Below, one piece after another: positions 1 through 15,016 of a DNA stretch of 64,000 bases (its first letter is position 1; each line of letters opens with the position of its first letter). The position numbers were made by a program, and so were the translations under genes. The stretch is from the human T2T-CHM13v2.0 reference genome, Homo sapiens, in NCBI RefSeq assembly GCF_009914755.1, contig NC_060926.1. One strand, written 5' to 3'. The notes beneath the pieces are model-generated. The model did no database searches. It saw only the letters and a list, made by a program, of their open reading frames with translations, and had not been told where the DNA came from.

Positions 1-470
1 CACTGGCAAAAAGCCTATTACATTAAGGTCCTCAGAGACCTCAGGAGCACCTGCCCTTGCCTACACCTCTGGCATGGCCCCCACCCCTCTCCCCACAGCC
101 ACACTCCCTCTCTCTCTTTTCCGGACTTGTCCAGTGTACTCTCCTCAGGGCCTTTGCACCAGGCATGCCCTCAGCCTGACGCACACTTCCCCAGGTATCA
201 TCCATCTGTCTCCTTGTCATTCACATCTCAGCTCTAGAAGCACTGCCCTCCCTTGACTGCCATGTCTCGAGCGTATCCCTATCATTCTTCATCCCATCAG
301 CCTCTCTGCTTTTTTCACAGCCCTCATCACTGTCTTAATTTACCTGCATAAGCATCTGTTTGTTTCCTGTGTGTTTTTCCCCTGTAGAACATAAACTCCA
401 CTTTATGATAGGGACCTTGCCTTAAGCACACCTCAACAGTGAGCACTTAATAAATGTTTGTTGAATGAAT
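1..470 (+). mobile_element. LINE-2 3' fragment
   Basis: L2-type motifs GGGCCTTTGCAC (~148) and terminal GCACTTAATAAATGTTTGTTGAATGAAT (~443-470). Confidence 0.7.
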
Positions 471-740
471 AGATCAAGCAAAAACAGGTTGCAGAGGAGT
501 GAAGAGGAGCAAGGGTGACCACCTTGGAGAGCTGGGTTCAACTCCATGGGTCACTGGGTGTGTGGTGTCTGGGGGGGTGTGGCTGCCTTAAAGACCAGAG
601 GCAGGAGTGCTTACCCTGAAGAACAGGAAAATCCCTGGAAGAAAAGAACAGATGAAATGACTCTTCCTTCACCCTCTTGGGAGAGCAGAAGACTGTATCT
701 CCATGGTTGCAGAGCACCTACCCTTGCCCCAAGTTGACAG

Positions 741-1055
741 AGTCATCCCTCCATACATATGTGGGGTTGGTTCCAGGACCCCTGCAGATATCAAAATCCT
801 TGGGTGTTCAAGTCCCTTATATGAAATGGTACAGTATTTGCATAAAACCTATGCATATCCTTCAGTATATTTTAAAGCATCGCTAGATTACTTATAATAC
901 CTAATGTAAATGCTATGAAAACGGTTGTTATACTGTACTGTTTAGGGAATAATGACTATAGAATGTCCATACATGTTCAGTACAGGCAACCATCATAGGC
1001 ATAACGACATTTTCTATCCTCGCTTGGCTGGACTGCGGATGTAGAGGGTCAACTG
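741..1055 (+). mobile_element. MER2 (TcMar-Tigger) DNA transposon
   Basis: AGTCATCCCTC...TTGGTTCCAGGACCCC...CAAGTCCCTTATAT...TAGATTACTTATAATACCTAAT resembles the MER2 consensus; ends GAGGGTCAACTG (terminal inverted repeat). Confidence 0.8.
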
Positions 1056-3498
1056 TTCCCCATACATCGGTGAGGCCTGAATTCGTAACTCTTTCCCTGG
1101 ATTGGTGGTCTAGACTGTTAGCCTCTAGAGGACAGGATACAGGTCAGCTGGACCTTTGGTTAGTGCTGAAGAGAATCTAGCAGAGTCCCAGTCCTAGTCA
1201 TATACACAGTTTAGTTTACTATGTACAGAATTACAACTATGTCCAACCAAGTAGAGCTAATCTGAGCCCCCTGAAATAGGGTGGCCAGACACGTGAGTTT
1301 CTAGTAAGTGTTTCTATCTTCATGTCATGTTTGATTTCCAGCCCGTCACGGCAGCAACCCAGATGACTCAAACCAGAGTCATAAACATGCTCTCTCCAAA
1401 GGGAATAAGAGGGCTGCTTGGACCAGAAGCTTCTACACAGGAGAACCCAGAAGCAAAACAAATAAAGAATGTGGTCCCTGCTAAGAGTCTTTTGGCATCC
1501 ATCAGCCTACTGTCTTGAGAGATTTTTCCAGAAAGTATTCAGAAGGAATATCCTGGGTCTATATGAGGACATGAATGCAACACCTTTAACAAGTGTTGGT
1601 AAAATATTTACAGATTCCTAATTACTCAGATTTCATTTCTAGGAAAAATACCTCCACTTTACAAAATTAACGTTTAAATGTTAACATCAGTGGGAGACTA
1701 GGCAGTAGAGAAGTTAGAGAGAGACTGAAAGGGGAACAAAAACCACTTCTCTATAAACATGCCCTTTTCAATAATATCCTTTCCCAAGAATTACGGTCAG
1801 GAGTGAAGAGAGGGTGGGAGAAAATAAGGTCCGGAGGACCATCTATGGGGATCAGGGCCACAGCTGAGGCTTTGTGAGCAAGGTGGTGCTCTAGAAAAAG
1901 TCACTTTCCTGACCTGAATTTAGGAGTAAATGCCCTGTGCCTCCAGTTTACAAGTTACCAGATAACTGCGACCCAAACCTCCAAGGGGTGCAGAGGAGAA
2001 ACACAGGTAAAGGTTTCACTTGGCAGAGAAGGAACCAATAAAACATTTTCCCCTTCAAAGCTCTTGGCTGATGTTTCAGCCAGCCATTAATAGTCTTCAT
2101 TTTAACAGACCAGAGAGAAAGATTACAATAAATGTGGGAACATTATGGTCCCCTCCACGCATTCCCCTTCCCCCCACCCCGCCGCCCCCTGCAAGTTTCC
2201 TCAGGCCTGAAGTTTCCTGGGGAAAAAGGCAAAGTGGCCTTTGGCCTCAGGAGAGAAGCAGTTCACTTTGTGTTTATCAGGATTTTTCTGTGAAGTTCCC
2301 CAAACCCACTGGCACGCCCCTGCCATAGCATGGGAAAGCAAATTGCACGAGGGATTCCAGATATGAAAGTCACTGTGGGAGGAAAACAGAGGAACACGCA
2401 TGCAGGTTTTTTATCTTTTTCCATTTACCACCACCAAGCTCTTCTGTTTCGGGTGAGCTCAGCAGCACTAGTGCCTTGGATAATCTAGAAATTGCTTCCA
2501 TATGCGGGCACAGGAAAGAATGTGCGCACTGGCTGCCTGAGAAGGAAGCTCTGGGCAGCCTCTCTTTCCTGCCAGAAAACATTGCTCAGGCCTGAGAGCC
2601 ATAGAGCGTTGGAGCCAAAGGAGATCAGAGGAAGCAGCACTAACCTTCCCAATTTATGGATAAGGAAACTGAGGCCCAAGGTCACACATACAGCGACAGA
2701 GCTGGCAGTAGAACCTGGGGCTCTCTGGCTCTATCCCTAAGTCAGGTACTGTCTTTCCCTCTCCTCCCTGCAAATCCCTGCCTCCCTCACCAGCCAGCAC
2801 ACCCTTCTCTCCTCTCTGTCCCTCTGTCCCTCTCTCTCACACACACACACACACCCCAAGTGCTTGAATGAAGGGCTTCAATCTAATTTAGTGTAGCAGT
2901 ATGACTGGTCTGGGTCTGAAGCGCCAGGCCTTGGGGCAGGACAACCAGAACAGAGCTTGCTTTTGAGAAAGCCAGCGCAGGGAGTGCGGAGGAGCTCGTT
3001 CACTCTCTGCACTGGGACCTGTGCCAGGGTCTCCAGGGCCCCAAGACCACTCCTCAGCCTCAATGCCCCCTTAGTGCTGGGTTAGTCCAGGACTTGAAAC
3101 AAAGACTCCATTTAGGATCCAACAGAGAGTGGTCTGCAAGCACCCTCATCTCTACAGAAACCTACCACACAGAAACTTGGGGTGATTTAAGCCTGAATCA
3201 CACCATCTTGAACTGCTGACCCAAGTGGGAAAACTCAGTGCAGTTTCAAATGAGCAGTAGGGGAAAACCAAGAATGCCCTCTCTTGTGTTCCGTGGTGGC
3301 CAGTGTCGGGCTCGGCCCACACCACTTTGACTTCTTGTCTCTAGGCCAAGAGCCAGGGCAAGCTGTCCCAGGGCCCACTTACAAGTCAAACCAGACAAAC
3401 CTCAACCTTTAAAAGCTTGCTCTAGGAGGACCTGAAACCCAGATGGGGTCTGCAGTTCTGCTACATAACCTGAACTCTTCTGGGTCTTCCTTTTTCTC

Positions 3499-3631
3499 AT
3501 TTTTAATTTTTAAATAGAGACAAGGTCTTGCTATGTTGCCCAGGCTGGTCTCAAACTCCTGGGCTCAAGTGATCCTTTCGCCTCGGCCTCCAAAAGTGCT
3601 GGAATTACAGGTATGAGCCACCGCGCCAGGC
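3499..3631 (-). mobile_element. Alu left monomer (FLAM/AluJ-like)
   Basis: Reverse Alu left arm CCCAGGCTGGTCTCAAACTCCTGGGCTCAAG...GAGCCACCGCGCCAGGCC. Confidence 0.85.
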
Positions 3632-4697
3632 CTGGATCTTTCTTATCTAAACCATCATATCCCATATTATGTTAATGTTTTATTAACATTAATAATATTA
3701 TATTAACAATACCACTATAGAAATTGATTACCAGTCTAGTTGCAAGTACAAGTATTCTCAGGTAACACTGTCTTTCAATACAGATTTATTGAATACTTAT
3801 TACAGAGGAGACAGAGGAGAGGCAGACCGAGGGTATAACGCTGCATACATCCCTATAATATGGTTTCTCCTTTCAGAGAACTCAGAATGAAGGGGCCTCA
3901 GGTTACCTGCATCATTCTGGTTTTTTGCTCCTGTTTTACTACGAAGCAAACACCTCGACTATAAGCCGCCATAGACCAGGGTCTGTGTCTCATTCGTGTC
4001 TGGACAATGCATCACAGACACTCAACTGTTTTCTGCCTGAGCAGAATTAAGACTTGGCCTCCTAACTCCTCCATCACCATCTTCTCCACTCTCTTCCTTG
4101 GCCTTCATCACCAACACCACCTCATCAACCGTGAAAGATTCAAAGAGTAAGGAAAACCATTTCTAGGACCATGAAATGTGTCACTGGATCTCCTGCAGAA
4201 ATCTGCCAGAGCTACAATGTGACTGGTTTCTACATGTCTGACAAATTTCTATTTAAATAAGTATTTTTCAAAATGCAAATTGCTACCTATTCTTTGGCCA
4301 TCAAATCACTTTAGTGGGTTGCAACCGGCTTTTTCTTCTTAATAGAAAAGGAAATGTGTTGCATTTGGTAAACATGGAAATTGTTTTATAAAACTTTTGT
4401 TTTTGTTTCTGTTTATCTATCCTGTATACACTGGGTCTCAATGAAAAATGTATTTCTTACTGTAGGTCATAACCAAAAAAGGTTTCAGAACCCTGGTTTA
4501 GACAATGTGTCTTTCTACAATGGACTCTGCTCAGAGAGGCTCATTTGTAGATACTGCATGCAGACACCGTCCCACTTCATGTCTGTCATTCAAGTGGAGG
4601 AATGGGGCTCTACTCTGAGCATGCTTCTTTTGCTGTTGTTTAAACTCTAACCCATACCACTTGTAGCCTCTTAAATTTTCTCTCTTAAAAATATTTT

Positions 4698-4982
4698 GGG
4701 CCAGGTGCAGTGGCTCATGCCTGTAATCCTAGCACTTTGGGAGGCTGAGGCAAGAGGATCACTTGAGCCCAGGAGTATGAGACCAGCCTGGGCAACACAG
4801 TGAGACCTCATCTCTACAAAACTGAAAAACTTAGCCAGGCATGGTGGCATGTGCCTGTAGTACCAGCTACTTGGGAAGCTGAGGCAGGAGGATTCCTTGG
4901 CTGCAAGTGAGCCATGATTGTGCCACTGCACTCCAGCCTGGGTGACACAGTGAGATCTCATCTCAAAACAAACAAACAAAAA
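4698..4982 (+). mobile_element. AluJ
   Basis: GGCCAGGTGCAGTGGCTCATGCCTGTAATCC..., J-type GAGGATCACTTGAGCCCAGG, (CAAA)n tail. Confidence 0.9.
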
Positions 4983-7589
4983 TTTAACTCTGGCAAGAGT
5001 TGAAGGTATCCACCACTGTCTATTTTGCCAGCCCCAGGAATCTATACAATGTAAGGTTCCTTGCCTATGGCCTCCAAATTAGGACTGAGTTTATTCCTAC
5101 AGTTTTTCTGTCTTGGGTCCTTTTGATGTACCTCAGGGGGTAAAAAAGGAGGAACTCACTGGACTGTCTTATGCAACCAGGGTCAGTTATGGCACACCCT
5201 GCCCTCTAGTTCCTCAAGCAAGCAAGCCATTACTGGTTTCATGAGAGTTCATTAGTTTACATTGGAGCTGGGACAGTAAGTTTAGAAGGTAAAGCCCATT
5301 CTGCACCCAGCTCAGTGCCTGGCCTACCTGCCACAGGCCCCTCCACATTCCTTGACCACTAAGAAGGAGAGCTGGAAGCCACTTTCTGCATCATCCAGGT
5401 TTAAGGCAATAGCCTGCACATGCCCAGGGGCCTGGCTTTGCAGGAAGCTGGCTGATGCTGACACAGAATGCTCGGTGGTGGGATGTGCCTCTAAAACTGC
5501 CATTTTAATCAAGGACAAGGCAGGGAGACCACAGACATGGGAATCAGAAACTTCTCAATTTGAATCCTAGCTCTGCCTCTAGTTTCTTGTTTAATTCTAG
5601 AAGGGTCCAGGCTCACATCAGAAAAACACAAAGAGATCCCTTTGCCCTCTGACTAAGAACAATGTCCCATGGATTTGAGGCTGGAAGGGCCCCATGGGCT
5701 TGGAGCAGCTGCACTCCCTGAAAACCTTGCTGTATCAGATCGGGTTTAAGAATGCAGTTGGTTTTGTTTTAGCTTCTGCTCCTCTAAGCTTTTTATTTTG
5801 TCCTTCTCTGGACTTGAAAAGAAGACCAGATAAACTGCCAGCACAGAGCTCACCACTGGGGCTGACAGTGAGCGAGGCCCGAAGGGAGGGAAGGAATAAA
5901 GCATTTCCCACCCTCGAACAGTCTACCAAGTACGGCACCCTCTTCCTGGGACTGGTCGAGGTCTCTGCAGGAATTGTAAAGAATTCCCCTCAAGTTTCTT
6001 TGGCCTTATAGTTTCAATTCTCCCAAAATGCTCTTCCTGTGGGTGGGATCATGCAAGATCAGGGCTGAAATCAGTCCTAGGCCAATGACACTTTACAACC
6101 CTTTCCACCTCCACCCCCGTCCCTGGGCTGTTTTGAAGTGTCTAGCTCAGAGGTGGGAACACAGTTCTGGACCTCTTCCAGCCCTAGGTTTCTGTCTCTA
6201 TCTGATAAAGAGCTGATCTCCTCTCCAGTCTTGCCTGTGAGGATCCCTGGTCATTGTTTTGCAGGTACAAAGGTAACCTGTGGTCAACTTTCAGCTCTGA
6301 TCCCAGGAGCGGCAAATCCTGCCTAGGTTGCTGGTGATGCAGAGCACCAGGAGGGGAAGCCTCTGCAGGCCACCTCAGCCTTTCCGGGAGGGGCTTAAAG
6401 CTCTTCCTCCCAGCAGCCTAGCAAGAGCCCTGCAGCTTGCCGGCCTCCAGGCTGAGGCTAGGCTGCCTAAGAATTACTCTCCGCAGCAGGTTTTGAGATA
6501 CATTTTTCTTTATGGAAAGGAAGTAGCCATTTCCCTCCTCTTCCTGCCCTCCTCCTGCTGAACTCTGCTATAAACTCCGCTAGTTTGATTCTCTCACCCC
6601 CAAAATGACTTGAGCCAGAAGTTACTGGAGAAAGGTATCTGCTTTTTTGCCTGGGACTGTCCAGAAGGCAGGGGCTGTGCAGTGCAAACTCTACAGGACA
6701 GCTACCCTTTGAACACCACCTTGCTAAGCACCCTCCCCAGCCCTACGTCTTGTTACGTTTTGTACCTGAAGGAGGTTTCCAGCTGCGTCTCTCACCTCTT
6801 TAAGGCACTGTTAACCTTGGTCCTGCCCAGTAAAAAACAGATTGTTCTATGTTTTGCCTATAATAAGAAAATCATCTATGGAACATTTTATGCAATCTCA
6901 GGCAGGGGGAAGAGAAACGAACTGGAACCCAGCAGGCCTGCGTTCTTATCTCATCTCTGCTACCAACTGGCCATTAGCCTTAGGCAAGCTACCTGACTTC
7001 TCCGGGGCTCTGTCTCTTTACCTGCGAAACGCAAGGTTGGGCAAAATGATCTTCACTTTGCTTCCCTGCTCTAATGCTCTGGGATGTTACATTTTTTTTT
7101 AGTTAAAAGAAAAAAGGGTGTGCATTTTTCAGTTGAGTATTATATTCCTTCTCTACCAGCTGAACGTAACTTACTATTATTCTTGATAATGTGACACTAG
7201 TCAGTGCCACCAGTTTTAGGCAGCATTTGTGACACTCTAGGAAGATTTTCTTCCTCATTAAAGACCACTGAAGTCTTAGGGGACATTTAGAATGTATGTC
7301 TATGATGGGTATCAGGGCAGTGTGGATGATTCAGAGCAAAGTTAATGCTGGACCCAAAACACCACACAAAGAGCTAATGGGTGGACCAGCAGTCAGCCTT
7401 CACTGCTTCCCGCTGCCCTTTCCACAGTGGATCAGTGGCCCTAACCCAGAAGCATGCATGCAACAAACAGAGGGACATGAACAACACTGGGTCAGTGGTC
7501 AGTCAGCTGCCTGAACAAAGCTGGGGCCATCTAGGTCCTTTAAACTGAATATCCTTGACCAAAGAGGCAGGAGGGCCTCATAGTTCAGA

Positions 7590-7790
7590 CTGGGCTGAAG
7601 CCACGCTGCCTGGACTGAATGTTGACCTTGCCAGATTAGCTGTGTGAAACTGGGCCAGCTGATTACCCTCAAATTCCTCACCTGTAAATGGAAACAATAA
7701 TGGTGCCTGCCTTAGAGGGTGGTTACATGGGTTCAATAAGTTCATTCAGAGCATTTAGAATTTTACCTGGTAAACAGTAAACAATGTTAT
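7590..7790 (+). mobile_element. MIR
   Basis: Core TTAGCTGTGTGAAACTGGGC...TTCCTCACCTGTAAATGG. Confidence 0.65.
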
Positions 7791-8300
7791 TTTATCATTC
7801 CTTCTTCAAAAATGATTACTGGTAATCTAAATAGGAATAATTCATCCCTGACTTCTGTGGCCATGGCAAAGTACTGCTGAGTGGTACCCAGGCTGGCAAG
7901 AAATTAGGAAACAGTACCCAGACAGTGAATCCAGATGAAGACCCCTTATGTTCCCATGCATTCCTGAGAAATAAGTAAAATTTTGGTAAATTAATTTCAT
8001 AATTCCATTGGCCTCCAATATAAGTGAAGAAGTGCTCTATCTCTAGACCTGTTTAATTGTGGTCAATAGTTTCCCAGAATTCTTAGTTAATAAACCATTA
8101 AAACAAAACTGAGATAACTGCACTAGAAGGACACATGATTTCATTCAGCTGGTATTTATTAGGCACCAGGTATATGCCAAGCATTACACTTGTCACTGGC
8201 AATAAAGAGGGTAAATTGCTGCAATTATCTGCTATCAAGTAGTTCACAATCTAATGGGGAGACAGATACTCAACATACATTAACGAAATTAACTGTCAGA

Positions 8301-8610
<310 letters not shown>

Positions 8611-9805
8611 AAATGAACTGTTATGCTGGAGAGGAGTGCGGAAGTGTTTCAAAAAAGGTGACATGAATTAAGATGTAGGACATGACAAGGAGTTTTCAAG
8701 GGGAGGAGGGGAGGGCACTCTTGCAAGAGTAAGCATGAGATGGGCCTCCTCTAATCTCTGTTTCCTAATGAGTTTTCCTAAAGGCAGATCCCAGCTTAGT
8801 CCAGCTCACTGAGTTCCTGGCACCGCCAGGAGTCCAACCCAGCAGCCACACAGATGAAGATTAGGATTCCTTGCTTTTCACTCCCTGCCCCCCCATCCCA
8901 CTGATGGGGGTCTCTCCCTGCAGCTCAGAACCACCAGACTCTTTGTCTTATTTCACTGCTGGCCTCTGCACCCTCCCCCATCACAAGGAACCTCCTCCCT
9001 TTTCCTCTCCCTGTCTGTGTTGCTAGGACCAGAGCTGACAGGGAGCACAGGGAAAGCTTCTATTAGGATTCTGCTATGCTCTCTTGGGCATCTAAGTTAG
9101 AATTCAGAAAGCCCTTGTCACAACCCTATCTACAAAGGGTAACTGAGTTGTCGAGGGCACTTGTCCTAAAGTTCAGCTTCCCAGGTAGACAAGTTGGTCT
9201 AACCTCTCTGCAAGGAAGAAAGTCCACAGGGGAACCATTGACCAGTGTGTTGGTCCAGAATCTTGCCATGCATAAATGGAGGCCTGTAATGTTAGCACCA
9301 ATTTTGAGGAGCAAGAGCAGTACAGTTCCTGCTGGCTGGCTGCCATCTAGCATGGTCTGCTGCTGAGCCAAAACAGCAATGCGTTGTTCCTTAGACCAGG
9401 ACTAAGAATTACAAATAGGAGGCTCAACTAGCCATGGCCACAGTCACCAACTAACAGTCAGGTCAGAATTCTCAATGGCAATGCCCCGCATTAAGTATTT
9501 GTATCCACTCTCAGCAATCGCTGCCATCATAGTGAATGCCCTCCAAAGCACTTACAGTCACCTGGTTAGGCATAGGGTGTTTTGTCTGAGACTGTACAAA
9601 GTATTCATTAGTTAGCGACGACCTCTGCCTTCTATGAAGCTACAAAGGCTGACACATACTGACACATAAAATGGACAGCAATATATTGACTTTTCCAAGG
9701 AAGTCCGGAATTGGTGCTTCCTGGTTATATCTGAAGTGCTCCTTAAAAGGGGTAAGTCAATGACACATGTGTACATGTGTGCAGATGCAACTGTGTGTGA
9801 TAGAT

Positions 9806-10900
9806 TGTTGCATGAAGTCAGGGACCCCGAATGGAGGGACCGGCTGAAGCCATGGCAGAAGAACATAAGTTGTGAAGATTTCATGGACATTTATTAGTTC
9901 CCCAAATTAACACTTTTATAATTTCTTACGCCTGTCTTTACTGAAATCTCTGAACATAAGTTATGAAGATTTCATGGACATTTATCACTTCCCCAATCAA
10001 TACTCTTGTGATTTCCTATGCCTGTCTTTACTTTAATCTCTTAATCCCGTCATTTTCGTAAGCTGAGGATGTATGTTGCCTCAGGACCCTGTGATGATTG
10101 CATTAACTGCACCAATTGTTTGTAAAGCATGTGTGTTTAAACAATATGAAATCTGGGCACCTTGAAAAAAGAACACGATAACAGCAATGTTCAGGGAACA
10201 AGGGAGATAACCATTAGGTCTGGCTGCCTGGGAGTGGGGCAGAACAGAGCCATATTTCTCTTCTTTCAAAAGCAAACAGGAGATATATCGCTGAATTCTT
10301 TTTCTCAGCAAGGAACAGCCCTGAGAAAGAGAATGCATTCCCAGGGGTAGGTCTCTAAAATGGCCACTCTGGGAATGTCTGTCTTTTATGGTTGAAGATA
10401 AGGGATAAAATAAGCCCCGGTCTCCCGTAGCGCTCCCAGGCCTATTAGGACGAGGAAATTCCCGCCTAGTAAATTTTAGCCTAGTAAATTTTAGTCAGAC
10501 AGGTTGTCTGCTCTCAAACCCTGTCTCCTGATGTTATCAATGACAATGCGTGCCCGAAACTTCATTAGCAATTTTAATTTCACCCCGTCCTGTGATCTCG
10601 CCCTGCCTCCATTTGCCCTGTAATATTTTATTACCTTGTGAAGCATGTGATCTCTGTGACCCACACCCTATTTGTACACTCCCTCCCCTTTGAAAATCAC
10701 CAATAAAAACTTGCTGGTTTTGCAGCTTCAGGGGCATCATGGAACCTGCCAATATATGATGTCTCCCCCAGATACCCAGCTTTAAAATTTCTCTCTTTTG
10801 TACTCTTTCCCTTTATTTCTCAGACCAGCCACCACTTAGGAAAACAAAAAAGAACCTATGTGAAATAATGTTTAATTATCAGGGGCGGGTTCCCCCAATA
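9806..10900 (+). mobile_element. MER11 solo LTR (HERV-K11/HML-8)
   Basis: Starts TGTTGCATGAAGTCAGGGACCCCGAATGGAGGGACCGGCTGAAGCC and ends GGGGCGGGTTCCCCCAATA; perfect 6-bp TSD ATAGAT (9800-9805, 10901-10906); AATAAA at ~10702. Confidence 0.92.
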
Positions 10901-13601
10901 ATAGATGGTGAGGACAGATGGTTTCAAGGTTATGCACTAATACAGAATAAAAGTGAATATAAATGATGTGTGCTTACATATAGTGAGGTAGTGTGATTTT
11001 TATTGGATGTAAATAAAATCTGCCCAGTGTACCTGGACAGCATCTGGCTCAAATTCCATTTCCACAAATACTATTACAAAAAACAACCTCGGTGCAATAG
11101 AAAGACTTCAGTGTTTCAGCTAATATTCCTTCTTTAGCAAGTATACAATGAGATTCAAGTATAAACGAAGAACTCCATGAGTTCGCTAAAATATAAATTG
11201 ATCTTTATATATTATACATACACTATTTTAGCTAAATGAGAAATGTGATGGATATATACATCTTTCCCTTATTAAATACTTAGTCAAAAACAGGCATGGT
11301 AAAATATCAGGCTTCGGCTCCTCAGGCCTCTGAATGACAAGTTACAACGTTGATTGCATTGTTAGGATGGACCTTACGTGGAGATGTTAATGGTGTGTCC
11401 CATCGGAGGCATCACAGACATGCTGGCCACCATCTTCTCCCTGTTCCTGCAGATTCTCTACTCTACTTCTGCACAGTGTTGTCAAGCCCAGCTTGACTAC
11501 TAGGCAACAAAGCTGGGATTAGACTACAACTGGTGAACTCCTCATTTACTGCCCTTTTCATGTTACCTTTCTGCCTTTAACAGAGGACGCAATGCACAAG
11601 GAATCCAGTAAATGAGCTGGTCAATATCAGGTCTTAACCTGAAAGTAACTTAATTTTTTAAGATGGTTTCACTATCTGTCAGGATTGATGGACATCCCAA
11701 ACCAGGGACAGTGTGAAGGTGGGCAAGAGGACATCAGCCTTCAGGCATCAGCATATGGGGGCCTCAAAAAGATGCAAGTTTTTACAAATTCCAGTGCCAA
11801 AACCACAGTATGCCGCAAGAGAAAAGGTGCCAACTGGTCCTGATTCCTCACTATGCCCCTCACTGGCTAAAATGTAATGCAGCTCCCTACCAAGGTTAGA
11901 TCCACTTCACAGCAAGCCAGGCACTTGGACCTGCTAGTTGAGGCAGGCAGATTTCTGGCCTTGAAAGTAACCCACCTGTTATTTTCAAGTGGTGGAGAGT
12001 TCAGGGTCCCTTAGGATTGGGTCCCATATGGGGACTCAGGGTCTAGAGATTTTCCTTTTCTCATCAGACCTCCTGTCGCATTGTACTGAAGTCTCCGCAA
12101 CACTGCCTGCTTAGAGCTATACAACAGGGCTTCATTCCATAAACTCATTCAGCCCCCATGGACCTCTGGGTTCTGCATAAGGACACATCATCTCGAGGAA
12201 CTCCTTTGACCATGCTGTGTCGGAACTTCAGCCTCAGTCTTGCTTGGGAACTTCTGTCTTCTCCCTGATTCAGCGCAGCTCCCGCTAGTCAGGGACATCC
12301 ATTTGCCTGCCTGGTCTGTGGCGTTCTTCCCAGCATGGGGCCCTTGGCTTGTTTCTATCCTGGACGTTTGGCAGAATGTACGCACTTATCTTTCAGGGGA
12401 CACTGATCTGGACAATTCACCCTCATTCAAGGGACCCAGCCCATAGAGGGTAAAACTCTGATACATTCTTTTTAAAACAGGACTTCCTTTTGTGAATCTT
12501 CCTAACTTTGAAAACACTAATATTAAAAAAAAAAAAAAAGAGTAACACTTTTATTATGGCAGACATCAAGCATTCACAGGGTTTCTTAATTTTCAGTTCC
12601 AACTTCTGTTGCCCAAATGCAATCTTTTTGACATCTGTGTCAGGTTAGTTACAAAGCATTATTATTCTGGGCTGCACAATGTTGGCCCAACCTACCCAAA
12701 TACAAGAAATTTTGCTGATTGATTTAGTTATTCCGTTCCTATAAATGAATCCAGTTGTGCAGCTGTTTCTGATTAACCAATGTACTGCTGGAGCTTTATA
12801 TAAATAATTTTATAATGAACTCAGCAACGGCAAGGACATGAGAAGCAGAATCTAAACTCACCTCCCAGAAAAATAAGCAGGAGCAATGAGCGCAAGGACT
12901 TTCAACAACAGTCCAGGTTTAAATTCCTATCTGCTATGATTCACTTTTTCCTCTTTATGTAATTCAGCACAATTTATAACTAATGCTCTCAAAGAACCTT
13001 TGTCTTCAGATTTTTGGATTCAAGAGAGAAACTCAGCTTTGCAGTCTTAAAGCTCCTTTAAAATTTCCCATCTTTGTATTTTGTAAGTTTCTGTTTTTCC
13101 CATTAAAACATTTATATTTCCTGAGACAATTTCTTAAATAATGCACTTTTAGAAGAGGAAAATTGGAATTGAAAGGTCTACATTTACTTTACTATAAACA
13201 GAAATCAAGTGTTTTGTTTTATTTCAATACAGAACAATTAAGCTCTGTAAGTCCAGCCATGAACTTTTCTTTTTCAGTTCTAGAAGACAAATCATATGTA
13301 TTATGATTAAGAAATTACAAAATTAAGCAAAAGACAGGTAAGAATAAATCAAATAAGTGAATTTTTTTAATGTAGAGACAGTGACAAGTGCTCCCTAAAG
13401 AAAACTTGAAACAAAACAGGAAAAAAGAGATCATAAAGTTTATACTTCTAAAATGAATTATGCTGGCAAAGATATGGGGAAACAGATATTTTCAAATAGT
13501 GTCAGTGAGACTGTGAATTACTACAGCTTTTGGAAAGTAATACTCCTTTAGAGACTCTGACAGACAGAAATAAAAAAGCTTCTGTAAGTTGGCAGGTTCA
13601 A

Positions 13602-13603
<2 letters not shown>

Positions 13604-13648
<45 letters not shown>
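13604..13648. repeat. (CA)n microsatellite, ~22 units
   Basis: Uninterrupted AC run. Confidence 0.97.
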
Positions 13649-13650
<2 letters not shown>

Positions 13651-14044
13651 TGTTCCAGGAAGAATGGTTGTAGTAGAAGAAAACTTGACACAATATGAAC
13701 AGTTAAATTGTGGAATATTAAGCAGCCATGCCATAAGTGAGTTTTTTATTCTGGAGAGAATGTCTATGATGCTTTATTATATTAAACGCAATTGTGGCAT
13801 AATGTATTAATAAGTAATATAATTCTATTTTTAGGAGAAAAAACTATATATGTGCATATATACTTATACATAGTTATATAAGCAAGGAGAAAGTTCAGGA
13901 ATTGATAATATTGATTACTTCAAAGGGTTAGTATTTAAGGGAGATAGGAGAAATTTATTAACTTTATATATTTCCATTTTCTTGTCTTCTTTATAGCAAG
14001 TACATATGCTTTTGTAATCTGAATAAATTTACAACTACAATGTA

Positions 14045-14352
14045 ATTTTTATTTTTATCTACTTATTTTTTTTTAGAGACAGGTCTCGCTCTGTCATCCA
14101 TGCTGGAGTGCAGTGGCATGATCATAGCTTACTATAACCTTAAACTCCTGGGCTCAAGTGATCCTCCCGCCTCAGCTTCCCAAGTAGCAAGGACTACAGG
14201 CATATGCCACCATGCCTGGCTAATTTTTATTTTTTGTAGAGACAGAGTCTGCTATGTTGCCCAAGCTGGTCTCGATCTCCTGGGTTCAAGTGATCCTCCT
14301 GCCTCAGCTTCTCAAAGTGCTGGGATTACAGGTGTGAGCCACCATGCTTGGT
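14045..14352 (-). mobile_element. AluJ
   Basis: T-rich start followed by a reverse Alu dimer. Confidence 0.9.
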
Positions 14353-14619
14353 CAACAGTACAATATAATTTTTAAAGAGTGATAAAGAGTCATATTTTCA
14401 GCAAAAACATAGAAGCAAAGACTATAAATTACAAATACTGAGCACCTGGACTTGTGGTTAACAAAAACCTTTTCCAAGTTCTAAGAGACAATACGTTGTT
14501 TTTGCTTGTTTCCTCTGTGTGTGGGGTGGAGGCGGGGGTGTGAGGGGAGGAGTGGGAGGGTGGGCCGTAAGAGTTGGGAGGATGGGCATGAAGGCGTGGG
14601 GAAGAGATGTTACCCGATT

Positions 14620-14910
14620 TCTTTTTTTTTTTTTTGCTTTCATTTTATTTATTTATTTATTTTTGAGACAGAGTCTCACTCTATCACCCAGGCTGGAGTG
14701 CAGTGGCATGATCATGGCTCACTTGCAGCCTCCATCTCCCAGGCACAAGCGATCCTCCCACCTCAGCCTCCTGAGTAACTGGGCTACAGGCACATACAGC
14801 CACCATGCCTGGCTTTTTTTTTTTTCTTTTTGGTATTTTTTGTAGAGACTGGGTCCCACTATGTTGCCCAGGCTGCTCTCAAACTCCTGGGCTCAGCCAT
14901 AGCACCTGGC
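14620..14910 (-). mobile_element. AluJ with internal deletion in the left arm
   Basis: Reverse Alu; CTCCTGGGCTCAG joins directly to CCATAGCACCTGGC. Confidence 0.85.
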
Positions 14911-14973
14911 TGCTTTTATTATTTTTAAGAAACATATAATAATTGTACATATTTATAGGATACAGTGTGATAT

Positions 14974-15015
14974 CCCTCCCTCCCTCCCTCCCTTCCTTCC
15001 TTCCTCCCTCCCTTC
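14974..15015. repeat. (CCCT/CCTT)n polypyrimidine tract
   Basis: CCCTCCCTCCCTCCCTCCCTTCCTTCCTTCC adjoining the Alu poly-T. Confidence 0.9.
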
Positions 15016-15016
15016 T

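Noticed and set aside
4671-4979. Alu-derived ORFs here and at 14100, 29337, 40281, 54103 etc.
   Set aside because: Typical antisense-Alu translations (e.g. QAGVQW, LECSG).
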